A DNA stretch of 64,000 nt from Aliiglaciecola sp. (GCF_039982535.1 NZ_JBDWYG010000039.1:164743-228742), one strand, 5' to 3'; positions 32,478 through 42,933 are shown, numbered from the stretch's first letter. A program made the numbers and translations. The notes: a model not told the origin generated them from the letters alone.

Positions 32478-35400
32478 TTAATCAAAACTCATACTTACAT
32501 TAAGATAGAAATAACGTCCTTCTGCGCTATGTAAGCTGGCTTCGTAACCATAAGTTTCATCGGCCAAAGGTGGTGCTTCATCGAAAAGATTACGTACGCC
32601 TAGACGCATTTTTGTCCCTTCCAATGATCCTTGTTCGAAGGTGTATTGACCATAAACACTAAATGTTGTCCAGCTATCTACTAACCAAAATTCACCAGAG
32701 GTATCGTTAACTGCGCCGGTGTCGTAGAAGTCGCCAACATATTTTCCATAAACCCCTGCACCCCAATTATTATAGCGCCAAGTGATTGTTCCACTTGCTT
32801 GCCATTCAGGTCGTCCGTCTAACTGAATTAAGTCACCCACGTCGTCTAGAGTCAAACCTAGCTCTTGTAGTTTTGCCGACTCAGAATCGATTGATTGGTA
32901 CGCTTTTAATAATTTAGCAGCGTTAAATTTGAATGAGAAATCACCGATTTCTGTATTGTTTAACTTATAGTAAGCGCCAATATCGAGACCTTCTGTGACA
33001 CGAGAATCTAGGTTTTCGAATAAACCGATAATCTCAGTCATATCGCCCACGGCTTCTAAACCTGAACCTTCATAAAACGCAATGTCATCGGCATTTGCTT
33101 CTTCACGAATAACATTTGGATTAGAACTACCATTTAAACGTTGATAATAATCTAAATCAGCAATGTTTTGATTAGAGCGAATACCAATTAAGTCTTCTTG
33201 TTCGATACGCCAGTAATCTGTAGTTAAGGTTAGATTATCGATAAATTCAGGAGTAAACACCAATCCTAAACCGTAGTTGTAATCTTTCTCTGGTTTCAGT
33301 TCGGTGTTACCGTAACGAATGTTTTCAGCACTATCACCACTGCTACATTGGCTGATGCTGTCTAACTCACCCTTGTTAATTTGTGCTTGGCAGCGATAGT
33401 AATCAATTGGATAGTTTACTCGCGTGGTGCTAGCCGTGTGCAATTGTTCTAGGTTAGGCGCACGGAAGCCTTCGGCGTATGAGCCACGAATTTGCACAGA
33501 CTCAACTGGATACCAGCTTAAAACTGCTTTGGGTTTAAATACATCACCAACGTCATTATAACGCTCATAGCGACCAGCCACTTGGAAGTCCAATTTATGT
33601 ACAAGTGGAATATCCATTTCAGGATTAACTAATGGACCTGCAAACTCAACGAAGGCTGATAACACGTTACGTGAACCATCTGAATTTGGTTGTCCACTGG
33701 AACCCATTACATCCGTTGCGTATGCTGCGCCTGTGACACTATCAGTGTAAACCGTCGTACCGTTTAGTCTGTCATCATAGATATTTTCGAAGCTTTCATA
33801 GCGCCATTCGGTACCAAAAGCTGCACCTACATTGCCTGCTGGCAAACTGAAAAGGTTTGCGTTAGAAAATTTGAAATCCACTAGACCTAAGCCGGTTTCC
33901 CCTGAACGACTTACATCAATCAGGAAACTATCGATTGTTTCTTGGGAGTTGCAAGTTGCGCCGCAAAAGGTGTTATAAGCAGTATCATCTAGACGATTTA
34001 CTGCATCTTGGAACAAACTTAGACTAATACGGTTATGGGTGGTATCAACGGTTTTAGCTTCAGAATAAAGGGCTGCAGAGTCCCATTCCCAATCATTGTA
34101 TGAGCCAGTAGCACCACCTAAAACACGGAAAGAGGTATTTTTCACGTTGATTTTACGGGTTCCGGCATCTACTACGCGGTAAGCATTAATTGAAATGTCT
34201 AAACCTTCAGCGGGCGTATCATATCCAGGTATTCTATTTGGACCACTACCTAGAGGGTTCCAGTAAGCAGTGTTAGCAATGGTAACTGGAGCGGAGGTTA
34301 GTGTGGCGGTCTCAGCACGTTGAGAGTTGGACTCTGCCCAATAATAACCAAGTTCACCGTACAGGCTAACCTCATCGTTTAGTTCATGATTTAAATAAAC
34401 GAAGGTATTTAATCGCTCCGTTTCTGGGATCATAGTACGTACGCTATTGGTATTGTAGGCTTGCGTATTGGTGGTAATACTGCCGCTATCTACACATAAA
34501 CCATTGTCCAGAACACATTGCTGATTTGTGTCTGTAGCATCAACGGGCTCAATGTGAAAACGTCCTGCAGAAGATGTAAGGCCAGTCACTGCTTGAGTGG
34601 CATCAAATCGACCCCACGGGGTTGTGGTAGATGTATTGCGGAAGTTAGTGTCTCCTTCCCAATCTGTGCCCACTAAATAGCTGCGTCTATCCGCATCTGC
34701 GGCGTAATCTAGTTCAGAGGCCATGACTTCTGAACCATGATAGTAATTTACTGCGGTGGTGATATTGGTCATGCCATCGTTAATATCCCAGCCCGCTAAA
34801 GCATTTAAGTTTACTTTTTCTCTGCTGGTATTTTCTGCTTGGCCATACTGGACGTCGAATTTGTAGCCAGCAAAATCTTTACTCATTTCAGTGTTTACTA
34901 CACCTGCTACGGCATCAGAGCCATAAATAGCGGCGGCACCGTCGTGTAGGATCTCAACTCGGTCGATTCCTAATACAGGAATAGAGTTCATATTTACGGT
35001 GGTAACTGGTACAGAGTTTTCTGTTTGTGTGCCTGGGTGTTGCACCATTCTTCTGCCATTAAACAGCACTAAGGTGTTACCTGTACCAATGCTGCGCAGG
35101 TTAATTGATGCGACATCACCACGGGATTGGTATACACCGCTGACTACGTCGTTACCATTAAAGTTGACATTACCATTGCTCGGAATAGACGCGAATAATT
35201 CAATTCCTGAGGTTGCGCCAATCGCTTCTATATCAGCAGCGTCAATTAATGTAACAGGTAACGCACCGGTTATATTTGCGCCTTTAATGCTAGAACCTAC
35301 GACAATAATCTTTTCTACGTCTTTAGCTTCGTCCTTCCCATCAACCTTAGGAGCAACTTGTTCTACGCTAGTTTGCTGGTTTTGTTTTTCAATGGATAGA

Positions 35401-35522
35401 TTAGCTTGATCATTTTGCTGCTGTGCTGTGGCTAAGCCAGAAATGGAAAGTGATCCGATGGCAGCGAGTATCGCAATATTTAGTCTACTTCTTCGGTAGT
35501 GAGATGTGTTGGACTTTGGCAT
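32478..35522 (-). CDS. TonB-dependent receptor
   Basis: Signal peptide, TonB box EKIIVVGS, plug motifs (INLRSIGTGNTLVLFNGRR, IDRVEIL, AIYGSDAVAGVVN), barrel ending RNLFDEAPP...GRYFYLNVSMSF. Confidence 0.94.
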   Translation of the reverse strand: MPKSNTSHYRRSRLNIAILAAIGSLSISGLATAQQQNDQANLSIEKQNQQTSVEQVAPKVDGKDEAKDVEKIIVVGSSIKGANITGALPVTLIDAADIEAIGATSGIELFASIPSNGNVNFNGNDVVSGVYQSRGDVASINLRSIGTGNTLVLFNGRRMVQHPGTQTENSVPVTTVNMNSIPVLGIDRVEILHDGAAAIYGSDAVAGVVNTEMSKDFAGYKFDVQYGQAENTSREKVNLNALAGWDINDGMTNITTAVNYYHGSEVMASELDYAADADRRSYLVGTDWEGDTNFRNTSTTTPWGRFDATQAVTGLTSSAGRFHIEPVDATDTNQQCVLDNGLCVDSGSITTNTQAYNTNSVRTMIPETERLNTFVYLNHELNDEVSLYGELGYYWAESNSQRAETATLTSAPVTIANTAYWNPLGSGPNRIPGYDTPAEGLDISINAYRVVDAGTRKINVKNTSFRVLGGATGSYNDWEWDSAALYSEAKTVDTTHNRISLSLFQDAVNRLDDTAYNTFCGATCNSQETIDSFLIDVSRSGETGLGLVDFKFSNANLFSLPAGNVGAAFGTEWRYESFENIYDDRLNGTTVYTDSVTGAAYATDVMGSSGQPNSDGSRNVLSAFVEFAGPLVNPEMDIPLVHKLDFQVAGRYERYNDVGDVFKPKAVLSWYPVESVQIRGSYAEGFRAPNLEQLHTASTTRVNYPIDYYRCQAQINKGELDSISQCSSGDSAENIRYGNTELKPEKDYNYGLGLVFTPEFIDNLTLTTDYWRIEQEDLIGIRSNQNIADLDYYQRLNGSSNPNVIREEANADDIAFYEGSGLEAVGDMTEIIGLFENLDSRVTEGLDIGAYYKLNNTEIGDFSFKFNAAKLLKAYQSIDSESAKLQELGLTLDDVGDLIQLDGRPEWQASGTITWRYNNWGAGVYGKYVGDFYDTGAVNDTSGEFWLVDSWTTFSVYGQYTFEQGSLEGTKMRLGVRNLFDEAPPLADETYGYEASLHSAEGRYFYLNVSMSFD

Positions 35523-35631
35523 TATGTGTTTTCCTAGGTTCTTCCTAATTTACTTAGAAATTTATTATTTTTGCGGCTACTACACTCTACAATTATGTTT
35601 CTCAACACAATTGATAAATAATCTGCTAGTT

Positions 35632-35646
35632 ATAGCCTGTGGTTAT
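35632..35646. promoter_or_regulatory. Candidate LysR recognition site upstream of the TonB receptor operon
   Basis: ATAGC-CTGTG-GTTAT, T-N11-A core; matches the 36734-36748 palindrome with one arm mismatch. Confidence 0.55.
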
Positions 35647-35840
35647 GGGTTGGTGTAGAAAGACTCTGTATTTCTACTTGGCAAGTATTGTTGTGTGCAG
35701 CAAGCTTAGGTTAGTGTTTCAAGTTGTAATGTTTTTTGCAGTTTCTTAATTTTAAATTAAGAGGCCATGACACTGCAAATGTTAATGCTGTCAAAATCAC
35801 CCTTATGTTATCCTGCGACGATTCCAACTTGGGGAAGTTA

Positions 35841-36737
35841 ATGCGTTTACGTCATATCGAAGTATTTCATGCTATTTACACAACAGGTTCAATAACTAAC
35901 GCGGCTAAATTACTCTATGTATCTCAGCCTTCCGTTTCTAAAGTGTTGTCTCATGCAGAACAACAGCTCGGGTTTGATCTATTCCTACGTAATAAAGGAA
36001 AACTGATCCCCACAAGCGAGGCCAAAACCCTTTTTCCGGAGATAGATAAACTATATAAACAGCTTCGTTCGATAAATGCGTTAGCTGAAAATATTCATCG
36101 AAGTGATAGTGGCATCATTGATATAGCGCTAACCCCCGGACTTGGGTTTGGTGTTATTCCTCGCGCCATTGCTAAATTTAAAGAAGTGCATCCCCATGTC
36201 CAGTTTAAATTACAAACTATGCACAATGATGATGCCCTGCAAACCTTATTGGAACATAAGTGTGACTTAGCGCTGCTGTATTCCTCTCCTCCTCTACCGG
36301 GGATCCAAGAAGTTGAATTAGGGACCAGTGAAGTTGTCATTTTATACCCTAAAAAATCATTTCCCGAGAATAGCCAAAAAGTTAATCTTGAGTCTCTCGC
36401 TGAGCATGAATTGATTAGTATTTGGGACAGTGGACCGCTTGGGGATTTAGTTTTAGGTCGCTTCGAGTCGTTAGGAATGGAAACCCACAGTAATATGCAG
36501 GTTGATACCTATTTCATTGCCGCGAGTTTGGTGGATAAAGGGGTGGGATGTTGCACCATTGATAAGCTGACCGCCATGAGCAATATTACCGATAATATTG
36601 GTGTCTCTGCTTTTAATCCGGCTCTCGATTTCAAAATTAAAGGGTTACATTTGGAAACCAGACCCCTATCTCGGATTTGTGAGCACTTTTTGGATTTTGT
36701 GAGGGCCGAACTGGCGCTAGTCAATACACAACAATAA
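35841..36737 (+). CDS. LysR family transcriptional regulator (DgcR-like by context)
   Basis: MRLRHIEVFHAI...SITNAAKLLYVSQPSVSK HTH; start set at 35841. Confidence 0.93.
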   Translation: MRLRHIEVFHAIYTTGSITNAAKLLYVSQPSVSKVLSHAEQQLGFDLFLRNKGKLIPTSEAKTLFPEIDKLYKQLRSINALAENIHRSDSGIIDIALTPGLGFGVIPRAIAKFKEVHPHVQFKLQTMHNDDALQTLLEHKCDLALLYSSPPLPGIQEVELGTSEVVILYPKKSFPENSQKVNLESLAEHELISIWDSGPLGDLVLGRFESLGMETHSNMQVDTYFIAASLVDKGVGCCTIDKLTAMSNITDNIGVSAFNPALDFKIKGLHLETRPLSRICEHFLDFVRAELALVNTQQ

Positions 36738-36748
36738 CCTAGAGTTAT
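36734..36748. promoter_or_regulatory. Candidate LysR recognition site upstream of dgcN
   Basis: Perfect palindrome ATAAC-CTAGA-GTTAT (T-N11-A), about 60 bp upstream of a TACCAT -10 candidate at 36792. Confidence 0.6.
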
Positions 36749-36826
36749 GACTCACCCAAATCAAACTAATTTAGTTAAGCCAAAATATCTTTACCATGGA
36801 GTAATATCTATTTTAAAGGAATCTTG

Positions 36827-37825
36827 ATGAATATTAACTATCCGTATTTGCTATTTGTAGGAAACGCTACGGATTCCCTTAGCATTAAAATGGCTCGCAG
36901 TGCTGCTGATTGGAGTCCAGAAAAATGCTTAGCAGAATACCGATTACCTGGATGCACTGTGACTACAGGTTGTCCTGCTATGAATATTCAGCAAGCGGCT
37001 CAAGCTGGCGCAAAAAGTTTCGTGCTAGGGTTTGCCAATAGCGGTGGATTCCTCGACCCTCAATGGATTCCCACCATACTGGAAGCTATGGATGCCGGTA
37101 TGGATATTGTCAGTGGATTACACGATAAACTCACCGATATTCCTGAATTGCAGCAAAAAGCCAAGGCCCTTAATTTACAGTTAATTGATATTCGCCATCC
37201 GGTTACTCGGTTTAAAACCGGAACAGGTAAAAAGCGCATTGGTAATCGTCTGCTGACCGTGGGGACAGACTGTTCCGTGGGTAAAATGTATACAACCCTT
37301 AGCCTCACAAACGAAATTCAGCGCCGCCAAGTGCCTGCCACTTTTAGGGCCACCGGCCAAAGTGGTGTGCTGGTCTCGGGTGATGGAGTTGCCATTGACT
37401 GTGTTATTGCCGATTTCATTTCCGGCGCAGCAGAAAGTCTTAGTCCAGAAAACAGCTCAGAACATTGGGATATTATAGAAGGACAAGGTTCTTTGTCACA
37501 TCCAGCGTTCGCTGGCGTAAGCTTAGGGTTATTGCACGGGTCACAACCTGACTCGCTGGTGGTTTGTCATGCACTAGGTCGGGAGCACATGCGCGGCCTC
37601 CCGTTACAGCCCTTACCCACAATTGAACAAACCATTAATCTCAATTTGGCCCATGCAAAGTTAACCAACGCCCAAGCTAGAGTGGTGGGCATTGCCATCA
37701 ACACTTCCTCGGTGGATGCTGAGCAAGCCCTGCAAATTTGCCAATCAATTAGTCAGCAAACCGGCTTACCCTGCTCTGATCCCATTCGCCACGGTGTCAC
37801 CTCAATTGTAGATAACCTGTTATGA
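36827..37825 (+). CDS. dgcN: D-glutamate N-acetyltransferase (DUF1611 family)
   Basis: PYLLFVG, LTVGTDCSVGKMYT, FRATGQSG, DFISGAAE, IEGQGSLSHP, LLHGSQPD; directly upstream of dgcA. Confidence 0.85.
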   Translation: MNINYPYLLFVGNATDSLSIKMARSAADWSPEKCLAEYRLPGCTVTTGCPAMNIQQAAQAGAKSFVLGFANSGGFLDPQWIPTILEAMDAGMDIVSGLHDKLTDIPELQQKAKALNLQLIDIRHPVTRFKTGTGKKRIGNRLLTVGTDCSVGKMYTTLSLTNEIQRRQVPATFRATGQSGVLVSGDGVAIDCVIADFISGAAESLSPENSSEHWDIIEGQGSLSHPAFAGVSLGLLHGSQPDSLVVCHALGREHMRGLPLQPLPTIEQTINLNLAHAKLTNAQARVVGIAINTSSVDAEQALQICQSISQQTGLPCSDPIRHGVTSIVDNLL

Positions 37826-38805
37826 CCTTAGCAATTAATATTAGTACTCAGTCTTTTCCTCTGAAATCCGCTTTTCGTATTTCCCGTGGGGTTAAAACGA
37901 GTGCGGAAGTGGTGGTTGTGTCTATCACTGATGGTAAATATCGTGGATGGGGTGAAGCTGTCCCTTATGCCCATTATGGCGAAACCATTGAGAGTGTTTG
38001 TGAACAGCTAAAAGGTGTTCAAAATCAAATTGTCAGTACCGAGCAGCATAGTGAACTAAGCCAGTTATTAGCTCCAGGTTCGGCTCGAAATGCCTTTGAT
38101 TGTGCCCTTTGGGACTTGCGGGCGAAACAACAAGGGCGCAGCGTTGCTGAGCTGGTTGGGGTGTCACTATGCTCGTCTTGTCATAGTGCGCAAACCATTA
38201 GTATCGACACTGTGGATAATATGGCGTTAGCGGCGCAACAGCTAAAACACAATAAAGTGATAAAAGTAAAGTTAGATGAACAGGATGTGGTGCAACGAAT
38301 TCAGGCTATTCATGCTGTTTGTCCTAACAGTCAGATTATTGTTGATGCCAATGAAGCATGGAGTCTTGAATTGCTAACACAGGTGGTGGAACCGCTACAC
38401 GCCTGTAACGTGGCATTAATTGAACAGCCTTTACCTAGTGGTAAGGATCAGGTTTTAGCTGGATTTCAATCGAGTATTCCACTTTGTGCTGATGAGTCCT
38501 GTCACACTGCAGATGACTTGGAACGTTTGCTTCCCTTATATCAAGCGGTAAACATCAAATTGGATAAAACTGGTGGATTGACTGAAGCTTTAAAGTTAAT
38601 GAAGTTGGCTAAACAGCATAATCTAAACGTTATGATAGGTTGTATGGTGGGATCATCTCTTGCTATGGCGCCAGCATACCTATTGGCTGGCGATGCGGAC
38701 TTTATTGACCTCGATGGGCCAGCGTTAATTGCTAACGACCGCCCGGGTGGTTTTGCATTTGTAGATGGCGAAATGGCGATAAATAGCCAACCTTTATGGG
38801 GTTAA
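37822..38805 (+). CDS. dgcA: N-acetyl-D-glutamate racemase / dipeptide epimerase (enolase superfamily)
   Basis: FRISRG, ARNAFDCALWD, KVK, DANE, IEQP, CADE, NIKLDKTGG, DLDG. Confidence 0.83.
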   Translation: MTLAINISTQSFPLKSAFRISRGVKTSAEVVVVSITDGKYRGWGEAVPYAHYGETIESVCEQLKGVQNQIVSTEQHSELSQLLAPGSARNAFDCALWDLRAKQQGRSVAELVGVSLCSSCHSAQTISIDTVDNMALAAQQLKHNKVIKVKLDEQDVVQRIQAIHAVCPNSQIIVDANEAWSLELLTQVVEPLHACNVALIEQPLPSGKDQVLAGFQSSIPLCADESCHTADDLERLLPLYQAVNIKLDKTGGLTEALKLMKLAKQHNLNVMIGCMVGSSLAMAPAYLLAGDADFIDLDGPALIANDRPGGFAFVDGEMAINSQPLWG

Positions 38806-38845
38806 GAAGCATAAGCTGAGTCACTTGTAATAGAGCAGGTGAGCA

Positions 38846-40138
38846 TTAACTAATTGGTAATGACACTCTGGCTACTAAGCCGCCTTGGGAATGGTTACTC
38901 AGTTCGATTTTACCTTTATGAAGGCTGACAATTCGTTTGATGATGGCTAAGCCGAGTCCTGAACCACCACTACCTCTGGCTTTATCACCTTGGGTAAATG
39001 GCTGAAACAAGTCTTCAATATTTTCTGTGGGGATGCCAGGGCCGTAATCTCGGACTTCAAAATACACCTGTTTATTACGCTTATCATGATAGCTAGTAAT
39101 CAGGATGTTTTCACTGCCATAACGAAAGGCATTTTCAATGAGGTTATCTAACACTCGTTTGATTGCAATCCGTCTTATCATCACCTTAGGTAGTTCAGTT
39201 AATTGCGTATCGATGTGGTAATTTTCTTGAATATTACGAGCATGCACAACATCTTCAATCAACTCGTTCAAAGACAACATCTCACGACGCTCTCGGGTAT
39301 CTTGACGCACATAATGAATAAACTGATCGATAATGTCGTTCATGTCTTCAATGTCGTGGACGATTCCATCTTTTATCCATAGCTGTTCGTCGGGCAGCAT
39401 TTCTGTTGCCAATCGTATGCGCGTTAAAGGGGTGCGCAAATCATGGGAAATGCCCGCAGTTAATAGCGCGCGGTCATCTTCTAACTGCTTAATACCCTTC
39501 GACATTTGATTAAACGCGCTGGTGACCGCAATTAACTCACTTGCCCCTTCTTCTTCTAATGGTGCCGGGACCTTTCCCTTAGCTACTTCTAGCGCTGCCA
39601 TTTGTAAGGCGTGAATGGGTTTGTTTAAGCGTCGCACAAAAATCCATCCGCCAGCGACACTCAAAATACCGATGACGATCAAATAAATGGTAAGGGGAGA
39701 GATATCGCCTTCACTAAAGCTTGCCATGGGAATGGATATCCACACGTTTGGATCTTGTGGCGGGTTTACCCAAATTAAGAAAGGTTCTGAGGCTGAGATC
39801 CTAACGTCTGCTTCTCCACCGAGTAAATCGGAAATCTGACGAGAGAAAAATTGGTAATAAATAGCCTGCTGCAATCCACTTTCCACAGCTTGTTTTTCGC
39901 TGTATATGCGAATATTTGTAGCATCAAAAATGTGACTTTGGGTTTGCGGATTGAGGTAATCGACCTCATCCAGAAACACCATGTTAATTTGCTTGGCGAT
40001 TAATGAATTTATCTGTTGATAATTAGGCCGGATAAAATAATAAGTGACTGATAGATAGGACACCACTTGGTTAATCAGCAGCAATACACCAATTAATAAG
40101 ACGGTTTGTCCAAATGCACTTTTAGGAAAGATTCTCAC
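38846..40138 (-). CDS. envZ: Osmolarity sensor histidine kinase
   Basis: [43 protein letters not shown]. Confidence 0.94.
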   Translation of the reverse strand: MRIFPKSAFGQTVLLIGVLLLINQVVSYLSVTYYFIRPNYQQINSLIAKQINMVFLDEVDYLNPQTQSHIFDATNIRIYSEKQAVESGLQQAIYYQFFSRQISDLLGGEADVRISASEPFLIWVNPPQDPNVWISIPMASFSEGDISPLTIYLIVIGILSVAGGWIFVRRLNKPIHALQMAALEVAKGKVPAPLEEEGASELIAVTSAFNQMSKGIKQLEDDRALLTAGISHDLRTPLTRIRLATEMLPDEQLWIKDGIVHDIEDMNDIIDQFIHYVRQDTRERREMLSLNELIEDVVHARNIQENYHIDTQLTELPKVMIRRIAIKRVLDNLIENAFRYGSENILITSYHDKRNKQVYFEVRDYGPGIPTENIEDLFQPFTQGDKARGSGGSGLGLAIIKRIVSLHKGKIELSNHSQGGLVARVSLPIS

Positions 40139-40177
40139 CAGTTTTGATTCAACCTAACTAACTTGGGGTAAACACAT

Positions 40178-40900
40178 TTATTGCGCTTCGCCATCGGGTA
40201 CAAATACATATCCTAATCCCCAAACAGTTTGAATATAACGGGGATTGGCAGGATCGACTTCAAGCATCCTACGTAAACGCGATACTTGAACATCAATGCT
40301 ACGCTCTAATGCACTGTAATCACGGCCTCTGGCCAAGTTCATTAGTTTGTCTCTTGATAACGGCTCTCTAGGGTGGGTTACTAAGGATTTTAACACCGCA
40401 AACTCGCCACTGGTTAAGGTAAGGGCTTCCCCGTCTGCAAACATTTCGCGGGTGGCAAGGTTCAATTTATACTTACCAAATTCCACAATCTGCATTTCTT
40501 GCGAGGGCGCACCTGGGGCTTCGTTGGTTTTACGACGTAGTACGGCTTTAGCTCGGGCCAGTAGTTCTCTAGGGTTAAAGGGTTTAGGCAGGTAGTCATC
40601 AGCGCCCATTTCTAAACCAATGATGCGGTCTACTTCATCACCTTTAGCGGTCAACATTATAATTGGAATTTCATTTTCTTTTTGGCGTAGACGTCGACAG
40701 ATTGAGAGGCCATCTTCACCTGGCAACATTAAATCCAGTACTAACAAATGAAAGTTCTCGCGTTCTAATAAACGATCCATTTGCTCAGAGTTAGCAGCTG
40801 AACGAACTTGATAGCCCTGTTCTACTAAGTAGCGTTCTAGCAAGCTACGTAGGCGCATATCATCATCAACAACCAATACTTTCTGTGTTTCTTGTCCCAT
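40178..40900 (-). CDS. ompR: Response regulator OmpR
   Basis: KVLVVDDDMRLRSLLERYL, DLMLPGEDGLSICRRLR, RYIQTVWGLGYVFVPDG; start at MGQETQK. Confidence 0.96.
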   Translation of the reverse strand: MGQETQKVLVVDDDMRLRSLLERYLVEQGYQVRSAANSEQMDRLLERENFHLLVLDLMLPGEDGLSICRRLRQKENEIPIIMLTAKGDEVDRIIGLEMGADDYLPKPFNPRELLARAKAVLRRKTNEAPGAPSQEMQIVEFGKYKLNLATREMFADGEALTLTSGEFAVLKSLVTHPREPLSRDKLMNLARGRDYSALERSIDVQVSRLRRMLEVDPANPRYIQTVWGLGYVFVPDGEAQ

Positions 40901-41047
40901 GTCGACCCTCAAAAGGAAATACCCGTTAATCACACCACTATAAATGAATACTAGGGAATTCAAAAGATTAGCTAAGTAACAATGTTATGTGGAGTGTTAC
41001 AAATTGTTTGTGAGAAGCCGTATAAACAACATTTAATAAAAACCTTG

Positions 41048-42031
41048 TTACAACACACCCAATATTTTGTCCATGATCCAATTGGTATGGCTGGCGATAG
41101 CAGCTTGGCTGGGATGGCTATTTCCCCCCTTTAAATGCTCAGCTATGGCTTGCACAAACGGGCCCTGAATTGGATCAGGTGTAGGCATAGCTATGGTTTC
41201 GCTGCCCTTGTCTGTATAAATAGTTGCTGGGTTGTCACCAAAAATAGCAAACTTTAGATGACCTTTACTACCGAGTATTTGTACTTTGTCTTGATATATA
41301 TGACCGCCGAAGTTCCAGCTTCCTATGCCAGTTACACCAGATTCGAACAATAAGTTGGCAACGATGGCGTCGTGGGCGGTGTATAAACCCTGTTGATTGC
41401 CGCAAATTCCTTGGGCTTGTTTTACTGGTCCCAGCAAAAACGTCATGATATTTAAACCGTGACTAGCCAAGTCGTCAAAGTATCCTCCAAGGGCAACACT
41501 TTTGTCGGTACGCCAGTTAGGAGTTTGACTTAAATCTTTAGCAGATGGAAAGCGGCTGTATTGCCAAGATATATGCCTAACATCACCAATTAACCCTCTC
41601 TCGATGATGTTTTTGAGCGTTATAAAACCTGGTAAGGAGCGCCGATAATAAGCGACAAAAAGAGGTAGAGCCTGAGATTCAAAGGCATTCTCTATTTTTT
41701 TGCTTTCGGCGAAATTTAACGCCATCGGCTTTTCAATGCAGCAAATTTTGTTTGCTTTGGCGACCTTTAATGCCAAATCACAATGACTATCTGGTGGTGT
41801 CGCTATATAAACAGCATCAATATTTGGATCATCAATCATAGCTTGAGCACAGGTATAATGATGGGGGATATTATGGCGTGAGGCAAAATCTAGCGCTTTT
41901 CCTGGTGTGCGAGCGCATACTCCGTATAGTTCGAATTCTGTAGTTTGCTGATAGGCAGGGCCGCTTTTCTTTTCGCAGACACTGCCGCAACCAATCATTC
42001 CCCAACGAATTGAGTCAGATTGGTTGTCCAT
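41048..42031 (-). CDS. Gfo/Idh/MocA family oxidoreductase
   Basis: WGMIGCG, DAVYIATPPDSH, CIEKPMA, GGYFDDLASH. Confidence 0.9.
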   Translation of the reverse strand: MDNQSDSIRWGMIGCGSVCEKKSGPAYQQTTEFELYGVCARTPGKALDFASRHNIPHHYTCAQAMIDDPNIDAVYIATPPDSHCDLALKVAKANKICCIEKPMALNFAESKKIENAFESQALPLFVAYYRRSLPGFITLKNIIERGLIGDVRHISWQYSRFPSAKDLSQTPNWRTDKSVALGGYFDDLASHGLNIMTFLLGPVKQAQGICGNQQGLYTAHDAIVANLLFESGVTGIGSWNFGGHIYQDKVQILGSKGHLKFAIFGDNPATIYTDKGSETIAMPTPDPIQGPFVQAIAEHLKGGNSHPSQAAIASHTNWIMDKILGVL

Positions 42032-42933
42032 TAATCTTTGCTAACCCAATCCATTTGAAAACCAGCTTTGCGTTTACGTTCTAAAAGCTCTTCAATTAAT
42101 GGCGACAAGATCAACTCCATGGCTAATCCCATTTTACCGCCAGGAACCACTAAGGTGTTGATTCTCGACATAAAAGCGCCATCAATCATCTTTAATAAGT
42201 ACGGAAAATCCACGGTTCTCATTTCGCGGCGAAATCTTACTACTACAAAACTCTCGTCTTGCGTGGGAATTTCTCGAGCGCTGAAGGGGTTACTGGTATC
42301 GACCGTTGGGACCCGCTGAAAATTCACATGGGTATTGGAAAACTGCGGAGTAATATAATGAAAATAATCTTCCAAACTACGCACAATACTACTCATCACT
42401 GCTTCTCGCGTGTGACCGCGGTCTGTGGTATCTCGAATAATCTTTTGAATCCACTCAAGGTTTACAATAGGTACCATGCCCACAAGTAAATCAACATGCT
42501 TAGCGACATCGGCTTCTGGGGTTGTAACCCCGCCATGTAACCCTTCGTAAAACAACAAGTCGGTGTTTTCGGGAAGGTCCTGCCACGGCGTAAAGGTGCC
42601 TGGCATTTGATTAAATGGAACTGCTTCGTCGAAAGTATGTAAATACTGGCGGTGTTGACCCGTACCTGTTTCACCATACTGAGCAAATAGCTTTTCGAGC
42701 ATGATGAAGTCGTTAGCTCTTGGACCAAAATAGCTAATGTGTCGACCTTGCTCTTGGGCTTTACGTATTTCAACTTCCATTTCTGGTCGTGTGAAGCGGT
42801 GAAAACTATCGCCCGCAACAGAGGCCGCGTTAACAGTTAAATTACGAAAAATATGCCTGATAGCATTAGTTGTCGTAGTTGTACCTGCTCCAGAGGAACC
42901 TGTTATTGCAATAATTGGGTGTTTTACAGACAT
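42031..42933 (-). CDS. prkB: Phosphoribulokinase family protein
   Basis: KHPIIAITGSSGAGTTT, LLFYEGLHG, PIVNLEWIQK, VVPGGKMGLAME. Confidence 0.93.
   Translation of the reverse strand: MSVKHPIIAITGSSGAGTTTTTNAIRHIFRNLTVNAASVAGDSFHRFTRPEMEVEIRKAQEQGRHISYFGPRANDFIMLEKLFAQYGETGTGQHRQYLHTFDEAVPFNQMPGTFTPWQDLPENTDLLFYEGLHGGVTTPEADVAKHVDLLVGMVPIVNLEWIQKIIRDTTDRGHTREAVMSSIVRSLEDYFHYITPQFSNTHVNFQRVPTVDTSNPFSAREIPTQDESFVVVRFRREMRTVDFPYLLKMIDGAFMSRINTLVVPGGKMGLAMELILSPLIEELLERKRKAGFQMDWVSKD

Noticed and set aside
35736-35840. N-terminal extensions called for LysR (also tex, cysQ, ompR, fis, the FTR1-like gene and the response regulator)
   Set aside because: Family-typical starts lie downstream; the extensions come from alternative start codons in the ORF track
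28092-38846. Mobile genomic island
   Set aside because: No integrase, transposase, tRNA anchor or flanking direct repeats, and no obvious compositional shift by eye; treated as an accessory metabolic locus
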